DNA from: Salinispira sp.
GTDB lineage: Bacteria > Spirochaetota > Spirochaetia > DSM-27196 > Salinispiraceae
Direction: 5' to 3'
DNA length: 64,000 nt
Assembly (NCBI GenBank): GCA_965602015.1
Contig: OZ271918.1
Location: 3,136,001-3,200,000 of the forward strand
The notes below the pieces were generated by a model. The model worked only from the letters and a program-made list of their open reading frames with translations, searched no databases and was not told where the DNA came from. Positions 9,040-17,477 of this stretch are shown piece by piece (the first letter of the stretch is position 1; each line of letters begins with the position of its first letter). A program made the translations under genes and the position numbers.

Positions 9040-10050
9040 ATGCAGGCATATATTCGTTCGGTGGGAGCCTACGTTCCCGAAAAGGTCGTTACCAACGACG
9101 ATTTGGCCAAGACCATAGAAACCAGCGACGACTGGATTTTCTCCCATACCGGCATACATGAACGGCGCATCGCCGCACCCGATCAGGCTGCCAGTGACCT
9201 GGGCTTTTTAGCTGTGCGCGCCGCCCTCGACAATCTCTCCATCCAGGATCCCGACGGACCGGCGGTTTCCGGAAAGGATATAGATCTGGTTCTTTTGGCC
9301 ACCTCAACCCCGGACTATCCCGGCCTGCCCTCGACCGCCTGCGTTGTGCAGGATCTGATCGGCGCCAGGAATGCCGGAGCCATGGACCTGGTGGCCGCCT
9401 GTACCGGATTTATCTACGGCCTGGAGACCGCGAGAAATTTCGTGCTGGGCGGTGCGGCGAAGAATGTCCTCGTTATCGGAGCTGAAGTCTACTCAAAAAT
9501 CATTAATTGGAAAGACCGGACCACCTGCGTGCTCTTCGGCGACGGCGCGGGAGCGGTCCTGGTGAGCCAGGCCCCGGAAGGCGTGGAGAGCGCAATCTGC
9601 CATTCGGTTCTCGGAAGCCAGGGAGACGGAGTCAAGCATCTGCTTCGTCCGGCCGGAGGATCCCGAACTCCCTTTACACCCGGGGTGACTCCCGAGGAGG
9701 ATCTCTACCTCCAAATGAACGGTCGCCAAGTCTATGTTTTTGCCGTTGGGGCCATAACCGATACGGTTAATCGGCTAATGGAATTAAATGGATTGACCAT
9801 GGATGAAGTAGACCATGTTGTGCCCCATCAGGCCAACCGCCGGATCATTGAGGCGGCCTGCAAGCGAAACGGCTGGCCCTTGGAAAAATTCTTCATGAAC
9901 ATCGACCGCTATGCCAATACTTCCGCGGCCAGCATACCCATCGCCCTTTCGGAAATGAAGGAGCGGGGCAGGCTCAAGCGGGGCGATAAGGTCCTCACAA
10001 TAGGCTTCGGCTCAGGCCTCACATTCGGCGGGAATTACTTCATTTGGTAG
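9040..10050 (+). CDS. fabH: 3-oxoacyl-ACP synthase III
   Basis: TSDDWI..TGI.ERR, AACTGF, DR.TCVLFGDGAGA, PHQAN.RI, NTSAAS, GFGSG. Confidence 0.97.
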   Translation: MQAYIRSVGAYVPEKVVTNDDLAKTIETSDDWIFSHTGIHERRIAAPDQAASDLGFLAVRAALDNLSIQDPDGPAVSGKDIDLVLLATSTPDYPGLPSTACVVQDLIGARNAGAMDLVAACTGFIYGLETARNFVLGGAAKNVLVIGAEVYSKIINWKDRTTCVLFGDGAGAVLVSQAPEGVESAICHSVLGSQGDGVKHLLRPAGGSRTPFTPGVTPEEDLYLQMNGRQVYVFAVGAITDTVNRLMELNGLTMDEVDHVVPHQANRRIIEAACKRNGWPLEKFFMNIDRYANTSAASIPIALSEMKERGRLKRGDKVLTIGFGSGLTFGGNYFIW

Positions 10051-10061
10051 ATCACCGGGCA

Positions 10062-13000
10062 TTATGTAGAGGTGCCGGCGGGAAACTCCGATACTATGAA
10101 TGAGGCAAGATCCCCGGCCGAATACCGCTGGGGAAGTTCATAATCGGTCCCCTCACGGAGATCGGCTATGATGCATTTCACCCGGGTATACCCCAGGCGC
10201 TTGGCGGCTTCGCGGTATACGTCGAGCTGCAGTTGATATTGTTCGGGATTGCCGCCCTTCCCTGTTTTATAATCCACCACAATTGCTTCTGACCCGCGTA
10301 CCAGCAGCAGATCGATCTGTCCGGCAACTATGGTGTTTTCAACGGATATTTCGAAGGCCATTTCGGCATGCCGCTCCCCGGCACCTATGACCTCGTCGAA
10401 CAGGGCGGTATTTGTTAACCCCTTCGCCATTTCCGTCGCGGCTTGGAAATCGAGCTCGGCGCCCCGGTAATACAAAAGGCTTTCCGGCACCAAGTCCCGC
10501 CCGGGAATGGTGAACTTTCCACTTCTGTTGAGTGAAACAACGGCTTTCTCCAGGAGAAAGTGCACCAGGGTCCCGTATTCGCTGCCCGACGGAGGCTCCC
10601 CGTCTGGTTGCCGGCGACCGCTCCCCGACCGAGGTTCGTCGTCTGGTTGCCGGCGACCGCTCCCCGACGGAGGCTCGCCGTCTGGTTGCCGGCGACCGCT
10701 CCCCGACGGAGGTTCGTCGTCTGGTTGCCGGCGACCGCTCCCCGACGGAGGCTCGCCGTCTGGTTGCCGGCGACCGCTCCCCGACGGAGGCTCGCTCAGT
10801 GCGGGTGAATCGCCGCCGGATTTCCCGGCAGTGGAGTCTGTAAGGCCCGTCCCCGTTTGTCCGCCAAAGAGCCCGGCGGCCCCTGCATGCTCTAGGGCGC
10901 TGACGCTTAGCACACGCCGGCGATATTCCGGCAGCCCCATGTCCGGAAGCAGCCCCGGGAGATTGAGGTCTCCTCCTCCGCCTGAGAACCCTTTTTTGCG
11001 CAAGACGTCCTCATCAAGGTGGGCAAATCGGCGGACCAGCAGCGAAGCGCCATCACCTCCGCTTGCTACCTCCCTGACCTGGTCGGCGGGAATCTCCAGC
11101 AGTTCTTCCCGGTTAATGCCGATACCACCCTCAATGAGATCGAAGAGGTTTTCAACCCGGTCATCCCTGGGAATCCGGCCGCTTAACTCAGAGGCAGTGC
11201 TTCGTGCGACCAAAGCAGACGCGCTGATTATCAGCCGCTGTTCGGCCCGGGTAAATGCCACATAGAGATGGCGGCGGAGTTCGGCATTTTCCTGGGCCCG
11301 TTCCCCGCGCCTGGCCGCGTGGACAAGGGGATTGCGCATTGCTCCGTCGATTTTTTCCCCGGGACCAAAGACTTTTATATAGCGCGACTCGTCAATTCCG
11401 GCGTACAGAGCGAGGTGGCCGTCACCGAGCACGGCATAAGGAGCGCTTGCTTCCCGGTCGGCCCGGGGCTTGCTGTTGGTGTTGACGAGAAATACTAGGG
11501 GAAATTCGAGCCCCTTGGATTTATGAAGGGTCATGATCTGAACCGCATCTCCCCGAAGATGCGCTAGCTCGAGATCATCCAGACGCTTGGGATCGCCCAA
11601 ATGATCATCGAGAATTTCAAGCAGCTCCCGCATGCTGCGTTCCGCGTGCAGGTCGAACAGTTCTACAAGATAATCGTAATAGCGAATAAATGACCGCCGG
11701 AGCCGGTCGCCGGCCATAAATTCCCGGTAACCGCTGTGCCGCCAGAATTCCATAAGAACCTCCGTATGAGGTCTGTGATCAATTATGGCGTTCATTTTTT
11801 CAATGAGAGCCAGAAGACTGCGGTAGCGGTCTATAAGGTCATTATCAGAGGCTGTCACGTCCCCATTCTCATTGCGATTTGGCTCGGCAGCGGAGCGTTC
11901 AGAAAGGCAGGATCGGAATAGTTCCAGGGTAGGCAGACCCTGGCTATCCGGGGCGGCAAGCAGGCGGATAATCAGGTCGTCGGGAAGCCGCACGATTGGT
12001 GAGCGAAGCACCGCTGCCAGGGAGAGCCGGTCATGGGGATACAGGCAAAGGGTAAAAACACTGTGTATATCGTAGGCCGGCGCATCCAGAAACAGTGTTC
12101 TGGTGCTGTCGCTTATGTAAGGGATTCCGAAGCGGCGGAACATGGTTTCAAGCTCTTTTTGAATACCGCTGCGGCGAAATATCACGCCGATATCCCCGAA
12201 GCGGATTCTTCTCGGTCCGCCAATTTGCCGGTCGTAGACCATCTGGCTAGGATCATCAACCAGACTGCGAATTTTCTCGGCGATAACCCAGGCTTCGTTA
12301 CGCGACGGCGGGATGTGCCTTTGGCTGTCATAATCACTGTCCTGTCCGGGAATGAGGAGCAGTTCTACGGAAGGGGCGGAGGAGCCATCAGCGCTAGCCG
12401 GCAAACCGGCCGTCAAAGGCCGATAAGCCGCTTCAAAGGATTCACCCCCCCGCATGACCCGGGGAAAAAACTCATTAAAAAATGAAATGAGCTGCGGGCT
12501 GCTGCGGAAATTAACATCCAGGTTGAATATTCTACCGTGGTCCGGGAGGGTGCCGGCCATGGATTTAAATACCCCTACATCGGCTCCGCGGAAACGGTAT
12601 ATGGACTGCTTTTCGTCTCCGACAAAATACAATACTCCCCGGCGAAGTTCGCTTTCCAGGGGCATGCGCGAAGCGGAATAACCTTCGTCGGCAGCCAGGA
12701 GGTACAAAAGCTCCTTCTGACGGAGGTTGTTGTCCTGAAACTCATCAATCATGATGTGCCGAATCGATCGTCTGAAATAGTCCGCATAGTCCGGCCGGGA
12801 TTGAAGCAAATCGACGGTAATATCCAGGAGATCCCGATAATACAGTACACCCCGGTCGGATGCGAAATTCAGGACGGCTTGCTGATATTCCTCTACCCAG
12901 ATATAAAATTCCCCGTAGAGTTCCCATTCGGATGCGATAAGAACCGGTGAAATCAGGTTCTCCCGAAGCGGCTTAATGACCTCATTCAAGACTCCCTTCC

Positions 13001-13814
13001 ACTCCTTGTAACGGTACAATGAAGCGGACTCCAGCGTGAACAGGAGCAGCTGCTGTGCGAACTCCTCGCCGCCCATTTCCTCGGGACGGGAAAAATCCGG
13101 CATATTCTCAAGAACAACGTCGAGGGCTGATTCGATCCTGACCAAACCTTCCAGCTTTGTGCTATCGAGCGCCGGTTTGCGGTTTCGCAGGTCATCCAGG
13201 GCTTCACGTATTTCAGCTATACGGGAGGTGAGGGACCCCGCTGAATCAGCGGCGAGTTCGCAAAGCCGGGCCCCCATTGAAGACCGATCGGGCTTTTGGT
13301 CTCCGGTCCGCTTGAAGTAGCCTTCGGCCAGCGGAATAAGCAAATCATCGCTAAGCTGTGCCGCGCTGAAATGGGAAAACAAGCGCTGCAGCAGCGGGGT
13401 CCGGGCGGCCTTCGCCAGAAATCCCAGGGTAAAATCCTTCAAATCCCGGGAAAACTGCTCGTCGGCAATGCGGTATGCCGGAGCCAAGCCGTAATCTCCC
13501 AGGTGCTGGGAGATAATAGAGCTGCAAAAAGAATCTATGGTAGTAATGCGCGCCCGCTCAAACTCCCCGGCGGCTTTTTGCAGAACCGCATCATCGCTGC
13601 GTATCAATTTTTGGTAAATGCGCTCATACATCTCCGCCGCTGCCTTGCGGGTGAAGGTGAGACAGAGAATACTGTCCACAGAGCAGGCGTCCTCCCTCAA
13701 CAGGGACAGATAGCGCTCGACCAGGACCGAAGTCTTGCCTGCCCCTGCTCCGGCGGCGACAATGCTATGTTCCCGGGTTCCGATGGCCGCCCTTTGCTGG
13801 CCGTTAAAATTCAC
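10062..13814 (-). CDS. addA: AddA-like UvrD/SF1A helicase with C-terminal PD-(D/E)xK nuclease
   Basis: AGAGAGKT, LTFTRKAA.EM, IDEFQD, VGDEKQSIYRFRGA, NFRS, MTLHKSKGLEF, LYVAFTRA; nuclease GQIDLL..DYKTG..QL..Y. Confidence 0.9.
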   Translation of the reverse strand: MNFNGQQRAAIGTREHSIVAAGAGAGKTSVLVERYLSLLREDACSVDSILCLTFTRKAAAEMYERIYQKLIRSDDAVLQKAAGEFERARITTIDSFCSSIISQHLGDYGLAPAYRIADEQFSRDLKDFTLGFLAKAARTPLLQRLFSHFSAAQLSDDLLIPLAEGYFKRTGDQKPDRSSMGARLCELAADSAGSLTSRIAEIREALDDLRNRKPALDSTKLEGLVRIESALDVVLENMPDFSRPEEMGGEEFAQQLLLFTLESASLYRYKEWKGVLNEVIKPLRENLISPVLIASEWELYGEFYIWVEEYQQAVLNFASDRGVLYYRDLLDITVDLLQSRPDYADYFRRSIRHIMIDEFQDNNLRQKELLYLLAADEGYSASRMPLESELRRGVLYFVGDEKQSIYRFRGADVGVFKSMAGTLPDHGRIFNLDVNFRSSPQLISFFNEFFPRVMRGGESFEAAYRPLTAGLPASADGSSAPSVELLLIPGQDSDYDSQRHIPPSRNEAWVIAEKIRSLVDDPSQMVYDRQIGGPRRIRFGDIGVIFRRSGIQKELETMFRRFGIPYISDSTRTLFLDAPAYDIHSVFTLCLYPHDRLSLAAVLRSPIVRLPDDLIIRLLAAPDSQGLPTLELFRSCLSERSAAEPNRNENGDVTASDNDLIDRYRSLLALIEKMNAIIDHRPHTEVLMEFWRHSGYREFMAGDRLRRSFIRYYDYLVELFDLHAERSMRELLEILDDHLGDPKRLDDLELAHLRGDAVQIMTLHKSKGLEFPLVFLVNTNSKPRADREASAPYAVLGDGHLALYAGIDESRYIKVFGPGEKIDGAMRNPLVHAARRGERAQENAELRRHLYVAFTRAEQRLIISASALVARSTASELSGRIPRDDRVENLFDLIEGGIGINREELLEIPADQVREVASGGDGASLLVRRFAHLDEDVLRKKGFSGGGGDLNLPGLLPDMGLPEYRRRVLSVSALEHAGAAGLFGGQTGTGLTDSTAGKSGGDSPALSEPPSGSGRRQPDGEPPSGSGRRQPDDEPPSGSGRRQPDGEPPSGSGRRQPDDEPRSGSGRRQPDGEPPSGSEYGTLVHFLLEKAVVSLNRSGKFTIPGRDLVPESLLYYRGAELDFQAATEMAKGLTNTALFDEVIGAGERHAEMAFEISVENTIVAGQIDLLLVRGSEAIVVDYKTGKGGNPEQYQLQLDVYREAAKRLGYTRVKCIIADLREGTDYELPQRYSAGDLASFIVSEFPAGTST
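10581..10795. repeat. In-frame 39-bp tandem repeat (about 5.4 copies) within addA, encoding EPPSGSGRRQPD[G/D]
   Basis: Unit CCCGACGGAGG(C/T)TCG(C/T)CGTCTGGTTGCCGGCGACCGCTC starts at 10585, 10624, 10663, 10702, 10741 and (partial) 10780. Confidence 0.97.
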
Positions 13815-16609
13815 CGTTCATCCCCCATTTTGACAGCGAATCCCCGGCGGCAGAGCTGAGGGAACCGGCAGCTTGTACAGCGGCCGCCGTCATCAGTAAA
13901 GTTCCCGCTGCGCAGGGCTTCATTCCATGTGCGCAGCGCCATGCCAACCCCGTCTTCAAGCAAACGGAGAACCGCCTCATGTCTGATGGGCAGATTGGAG
14001 GACAGGGGAAAAACATCGCCACCGCAGATATTGAGTATTTCCCGGTAACTTCCGGCAAACTCCGCGCTGTTTCTGGCAGCAGAGAAATATCCGCCGCGCA
14101 CGACAGCTTCTCCCCGCTCCCGAATCATTAATGAATAGGCCGGGAGCTGGAGCGAATCAGCATCCAATCCATCTCCGGACAAAAGAGAGATGACCTCGCC
14201 CTCACCCATCTCCCGTTGCTCCGCGGCCTTGGGAAGTCGGGATCGCATAGTGCCAAGAATCTCCCCTGTCGACGGTGAAGCCCCGGTTTTATAGTCGTAG
14301 ATTGCGGCGCCGTCGGATCCCGAAAGCCTCAGGTCGATGCGCCCCGAGAGCGATACTTCACCGCCGTCATCTGTCGGCACCAGAACGGACAGTTTCTCCT
14401 CAGTTGAAATAATCCATCCGTCGGCCTGCTCCGCCAGAGTGTCGAGGATGCGCAGAGCCGCCGAGAGGAACCGGGGGCGCAACTGCTGTTGAATCGTCTC
14501 GGGCACGCCGAAAAAACGGGCATTGCGGTCTGAACCGAAGCTCCGGCGCATAAGTGTTTGGGCGTACGCGTGATACTCATCAATTCTCTGGGCATCATAT
14601 CGCCCCTGGTAACTCTCCTGACGTATCCAACGTAACAAGTCCTCCATGATGCGGTGAAACGCGATGCCCACAAGCCGTCCGGGATAGGGATTCGGACGGG
14701 TTTCAAGCTTTTCCAGTTTGAGGCATGACCACAGATAGGAAAAGCGGCAGTGCAAAAACTCCTCCAGAGAGGTTACCGCCAGTGAGCTCCCCTCCAGGCC
14801 GAGCCGGGCTTTGAGCTCGGGTTCCGGCGGGGGCATCCACGGGTCGGCATCGAGGCGAAGACCAGAAGTGTTCCAGGGCGGAACCGGGGATCCGCCCGCC
14901 GCGCCGGCATTTTGGTCCAGGCCTTGGCTGCCTTTTGCCGATTGCATGCTCTTCTGGCCAGGCATGACAGAGGTATTCCATCGGGCGATGAGTTCTTCGG
15001 TATTGCATGGAGTCGGTTCGCGCCCGATTAGCTGCCGGGCGGGAAGAACAGAAGTTCCCCGGACGACCCGGCTGACGCTGACCCAGACCCGTTGCCCCGA
15101 TATGCCATACGCCCGGATAAAGTCATCTCCGGAGTTAGCCTGTACGCCGAGTAAATCCGCGATCACATCTTCCCGGAAAATCCGGCTCGACCCGTCACGC
15201 ACAGCGCTTGCATCGGAAGAGAAATTAACGCAGTAGTGAGTTCCGGTGAACATGCCCGCGGCGACCCGATAATCGAAGACCGGAACCCCCGCACCGCTCT
15301 GCTGAGGGAGATAGCTGACGCCGGATAGAATTTCCAAGGACAGGGTAAACGGGTGGACCTCAATTTCAGTGAACTCCCGAAGACGCTGGGCCAGGTCATG
15401 CAGGGATTCGGCGGCTCTCTGCCAGGCTCCCTCATCACCCGATGACCAGCGGGAGGTATCGATGTAGGAAGAAAAAAACACGTACACTGCCCGATACAGG
15501 TCCTCCACGGTAGCGGCCTCCTGAATCCCCTCTAAGGCAGCGAAAAGCTCTGATCCGCCGGAAATCCCGGTAATAATCCTGGACCATCGCCGCCGCCCCC
15601 CCTCGAGAATATTGCCGGCGACCCCGGCTTCAACGATGCGCCGGGGAAGCTCTGGGTGTTTCCAGGGAAGACCCGGATGGAACATTAGCTTCCTCACGGA
15701 ATTAAAACTGAAGTCGGCGGAATACGCGTCCCGGAGAGCACCCAGCCAGGACACCGAAGGGTATTCCAGCAGGGGGCGGCCTCTGCGGGGCACCAACGGA
15801 ATGCCGGCGCTTTGGGCGTAATAGAGCAGGCGGGGGAGTACGGCGTCATAGCCAGCGAGGGATATCGCCATATCCTCCGGATGCTGCCCGTCCCGCAGAG
15901 AGTCGGCCACATCGGAAAGCAGGGTGATTATTTCCTCACGGTAATCACTGAATTCCCGATACTCGGTATTAAGTCCGTCGCCTCTGATGCTTTCAAGGCT
16001 CAGCAGGGCTATTTCTTCCCGATCTGACAGTTCAGCCCGGTATTCCAGAAAGTCATCGATAAGCTCGGGGTACAGGATAACATAGGGGTTTCCGTCGCTG
16101 ACAAAGCGAATCGGCAGCCAGGACGGTTCATAACGCTGGTATTTGTCGAGAAATCCGCTGTACGCCCGGTGAATCGCCAGAAGATCTGCCGCGAGGCTTG
16201 CTCCCAGAAGTTCTTCCAGCCGCATGCTACCCGCCCGAACAATCTTCGCCAATAGGGGCAGGAGCGTTTTGAGGGTAGGCTTATACAGCTCGGCCCGATT
16301 TTTGAACTTTGGGGGGATAATGCTTTTGAGCAGGGGACTGCGGCGGTTTTCCCGTAAGAAGTTCTCAAGAAAAAGACTTCGGGCCAAAGAGTTTACCGGT
16401 CGACGGATCTCCTGGCCGAAGAAGGTTCTCTCCTTGAACTCGTCCCAGGATATAAACCGCTCACCTAAGGAAACGCCGCGAATCCCGGCGACCCGGCGGC
16501 TCCAACTCTGGGCAGCGACCTGCGACGGGAAAACCAGAATTTGCCCGGTTTCGCTGTACAGCCGCAGGATTTCAGCTGAGAGTTCCCTATTTGCGGGAAT
16601 ATGAGTCAC
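13811..16609 (-). CDS. addB: AddB-like protein: inactive helicase-like N-terminus plus PD-(D/E)xK nuclease with four Fe-S cysteines
   Basis: LE.F.HC.F, G.AFH, GRID, DYKTG, LQLPAY, C-terminal CTSCRFPQLCR; 4-nt overlap with addA. Confidence 0.82.
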   Translation of the reverse strand: MTHIPANRELSAEILRLYSETGQILVFPSQVAAQSWSRRVAGIRGVSLGERFISWDEFKERTFFGQEIRRPVNSLARSLFLENFLRENRRSPLLKSIIPPKFKNRAELYKPTLKTLLPLLAKIVRAGSMRLEELLGASLAADLLAIHRAYSGFLDKYQRYEPSWLPIRFVSDGNPYVILYPELIDDFLEYRAELSDREEIALLSLESIRGDGLNTEYREFSDYREEIITLLSDVADSLRDGQHPEDMAISLAGYDAVLPRLLYYAQSAGIPLVPRRGRPLLEYPSVSWLGALRDAYSADFSFNSVRKLMFHPGLPWKHPELPRRIVEAGVAGNILEGGRRRWSRIITGISGGSELFAALEGIQEAATVEDLYRAVYVFFSSYIDTSRWSSGDEGAWQRAAESLHDLAQRLREFTEIEVHPFTLSLEILSGVSYLPQQSGAGVPVFDYRVAAGMFTGTHYCVNFSSDASAVRDGSSRIFREDVIADLLGVQANSGDDFIRAYGISGQRVWVSVSRVVRGTSVLPARQLIGREPTPCNTEELIARWNTSVMPGQKSMQSAKGSQGLDQNAGAAGGSPVPPWNTSGLRLDADPWMPPPEPELKARLGLEGSSLAVTSLEEFLHCRFSYLWSCLKLEKLETRPNPYPGRLVGIAFHRIMEDLLRWIRQESYQGRYDAQRIDEYHAYAQTLMRRSFGSDRNARFFGVPETIQQQLRPRFLSAALRILDTLAEQADGWIISTEEKLSVLVPTDDGGEVSLSGRIDLRLSGSDGAAIYDYKTGASPSTGEILGTMRSRLPKAAEQREMGEGEVISLLSGDGLDADSLQLPAYSLMIRERGEAVVRGGYFSAARNSAEFAGSYREILNICGGDVFPLSSNLPIRHEAVLRLLEDGVGMALRTWNEALRSGNFTDDGGRCTSCRFPQLCRRGFAVKMGDER

Positions 16610-16899
16610 GCGCTAAAATCCACCACCGCCCGGTCACGGGTCAACTGTCCGATTCTCGCCCCGACCTTCTGGTGTTCCGGATGGATCCGGTATGCCTCCA
16701 GGGCCTGCCGGTCAGTATGGGTGCTTCGAAGCGCCAAATCCCATGCGGCATCGGAGGTGTTTTCATTCAACCCGAGTTCGATAGACTGCAATCCCGGAAC
16801 CGCTCCCATGAGACCCTGGAACATTTCGCTTACTTCGCTGTAGACGGCCTGACGATTGAGGTCTTCATTGAGCTTCCACATAACTACATGAATCATCAT
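16606..16899 (-). CDS. Dabb family (stress-responsive A/B barrel) protein
   Basis: MIHVVMWKL, .L.AY..HPEH, AVVDF; 4-nt overlap with addB. Confidence 0.88.
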   Translation of the reverse strand: MMIHVVMWKLNEDLNRQAVYSEVSEMFQGLMGAVPGLQSIELGLNENTSDAAWDLALRSTHTDRQALEAYRIHPEHQKVGARIGQLTRDRAVVDFSA

Positions 16900-17044
16900 G
16901 CCTCTTATTCTGGCTTTTATGCCGGCTATCATCAAGGAGAAAGACCGTGAAATACCGCTCAAGTGGAAATTTCTTTTTGACGAAATTTATAGAAGGTAAG
17001 AACACAGCCAATGCGCCAAAAAAGGGCGGATTGAGGAGGTAAGA

Positions 17045-17269
17045 ATGCAGACCATCGGTAAGACCTACAAGGTTCAGGGACTTAACGGGTTCGAGACGGT
17101 AATATCAGTGCTGGGTGAAAATGATAAAAAGGTTGATATTCTAATGACCAGCGTCACCGCTTGGGGACGAAATGAGTCGAATGAAGAGCTCAGCAAAGAG
17201 CTTTTTGAATCCTGCGTGCGCACCGGCTACCTGCAGGAAATATCCGGAGAGTTATTGACAATTCACTAA
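17045..17269 (+). CDS. Small hypothetical protein (74 aa)
   Basis: Strong SD GAGGAGG before ATG; globular beta-rich sequence ending LFESCVRTGYL. Confidence 0.75.
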   Translation: MQTIGKTYKVQGLNGFETVISVLGENDKKVDILMTSVTAWGRNESNEELSKELFESCVRTGYLQEISGELLTIH

Positions 17270-17296
17270 ATAACCCCCATTATGGACAGCACTTCT

Positions 17297-17370
17297 GGGG
17301 GTGTAGCTCAGTTGGCTAGAGCACTAGCATGGCATGCTAGGGGTCACGGGTTCGAGTCCCGTCACCTCCA
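17297..17370 (+). tRNA. tRNA-Ala(GGC)
   Basis: Acceptor GGGGGTG/CACCTCC-A with G3:U70; anticodon stem CTAGC/GCTAG with loop ATGGCAT; T-loop GGTTCGAGTCC; CCA not encoded. Confidence 0.97.
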
Positions 17371-17477
17371 GTCTTTTTTTCCTTCGAATATCATCGCCTT
17401 TCCGTGAAATCTTATCCGGTCTATAATACACTTAAGCTTGGCACAACGCTGGTGCAGTACTTTAAAGATCGGGGCAT

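Noticed and set aside
10581..10795. 39-bp repeats as a CRISPR array
   Set aside because: Units are directly adjacent with no unique spacers, lie in frame within addA, and no cas genes are nearby
10507..11265. Plus-strand ORFs with repeated peptides over the VNTR
   Set aside because: Antisense shadows that stay open because the repeat unit has no stop codons
10062..16609. Helicase plus nuclease pair as an anti-phage defence system
   Set aside because: Domain order, Fe-S cysteines and housekeeping context fit ordinary AddAB recombination repair
16959..16986. TCAAG...GACGAAAT as a sigma28 promoter for the 74-aa gene
   Set aside because: Spacing is one base off and the -10 has several mismatches
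17439..17456. TGGCAC as a sigma54 promoter for the 588-aa gene
   Set aside because: GG-N10 is followed by GT rather than GC, and a TATAAT at about 17423 suggests sigma70 instead
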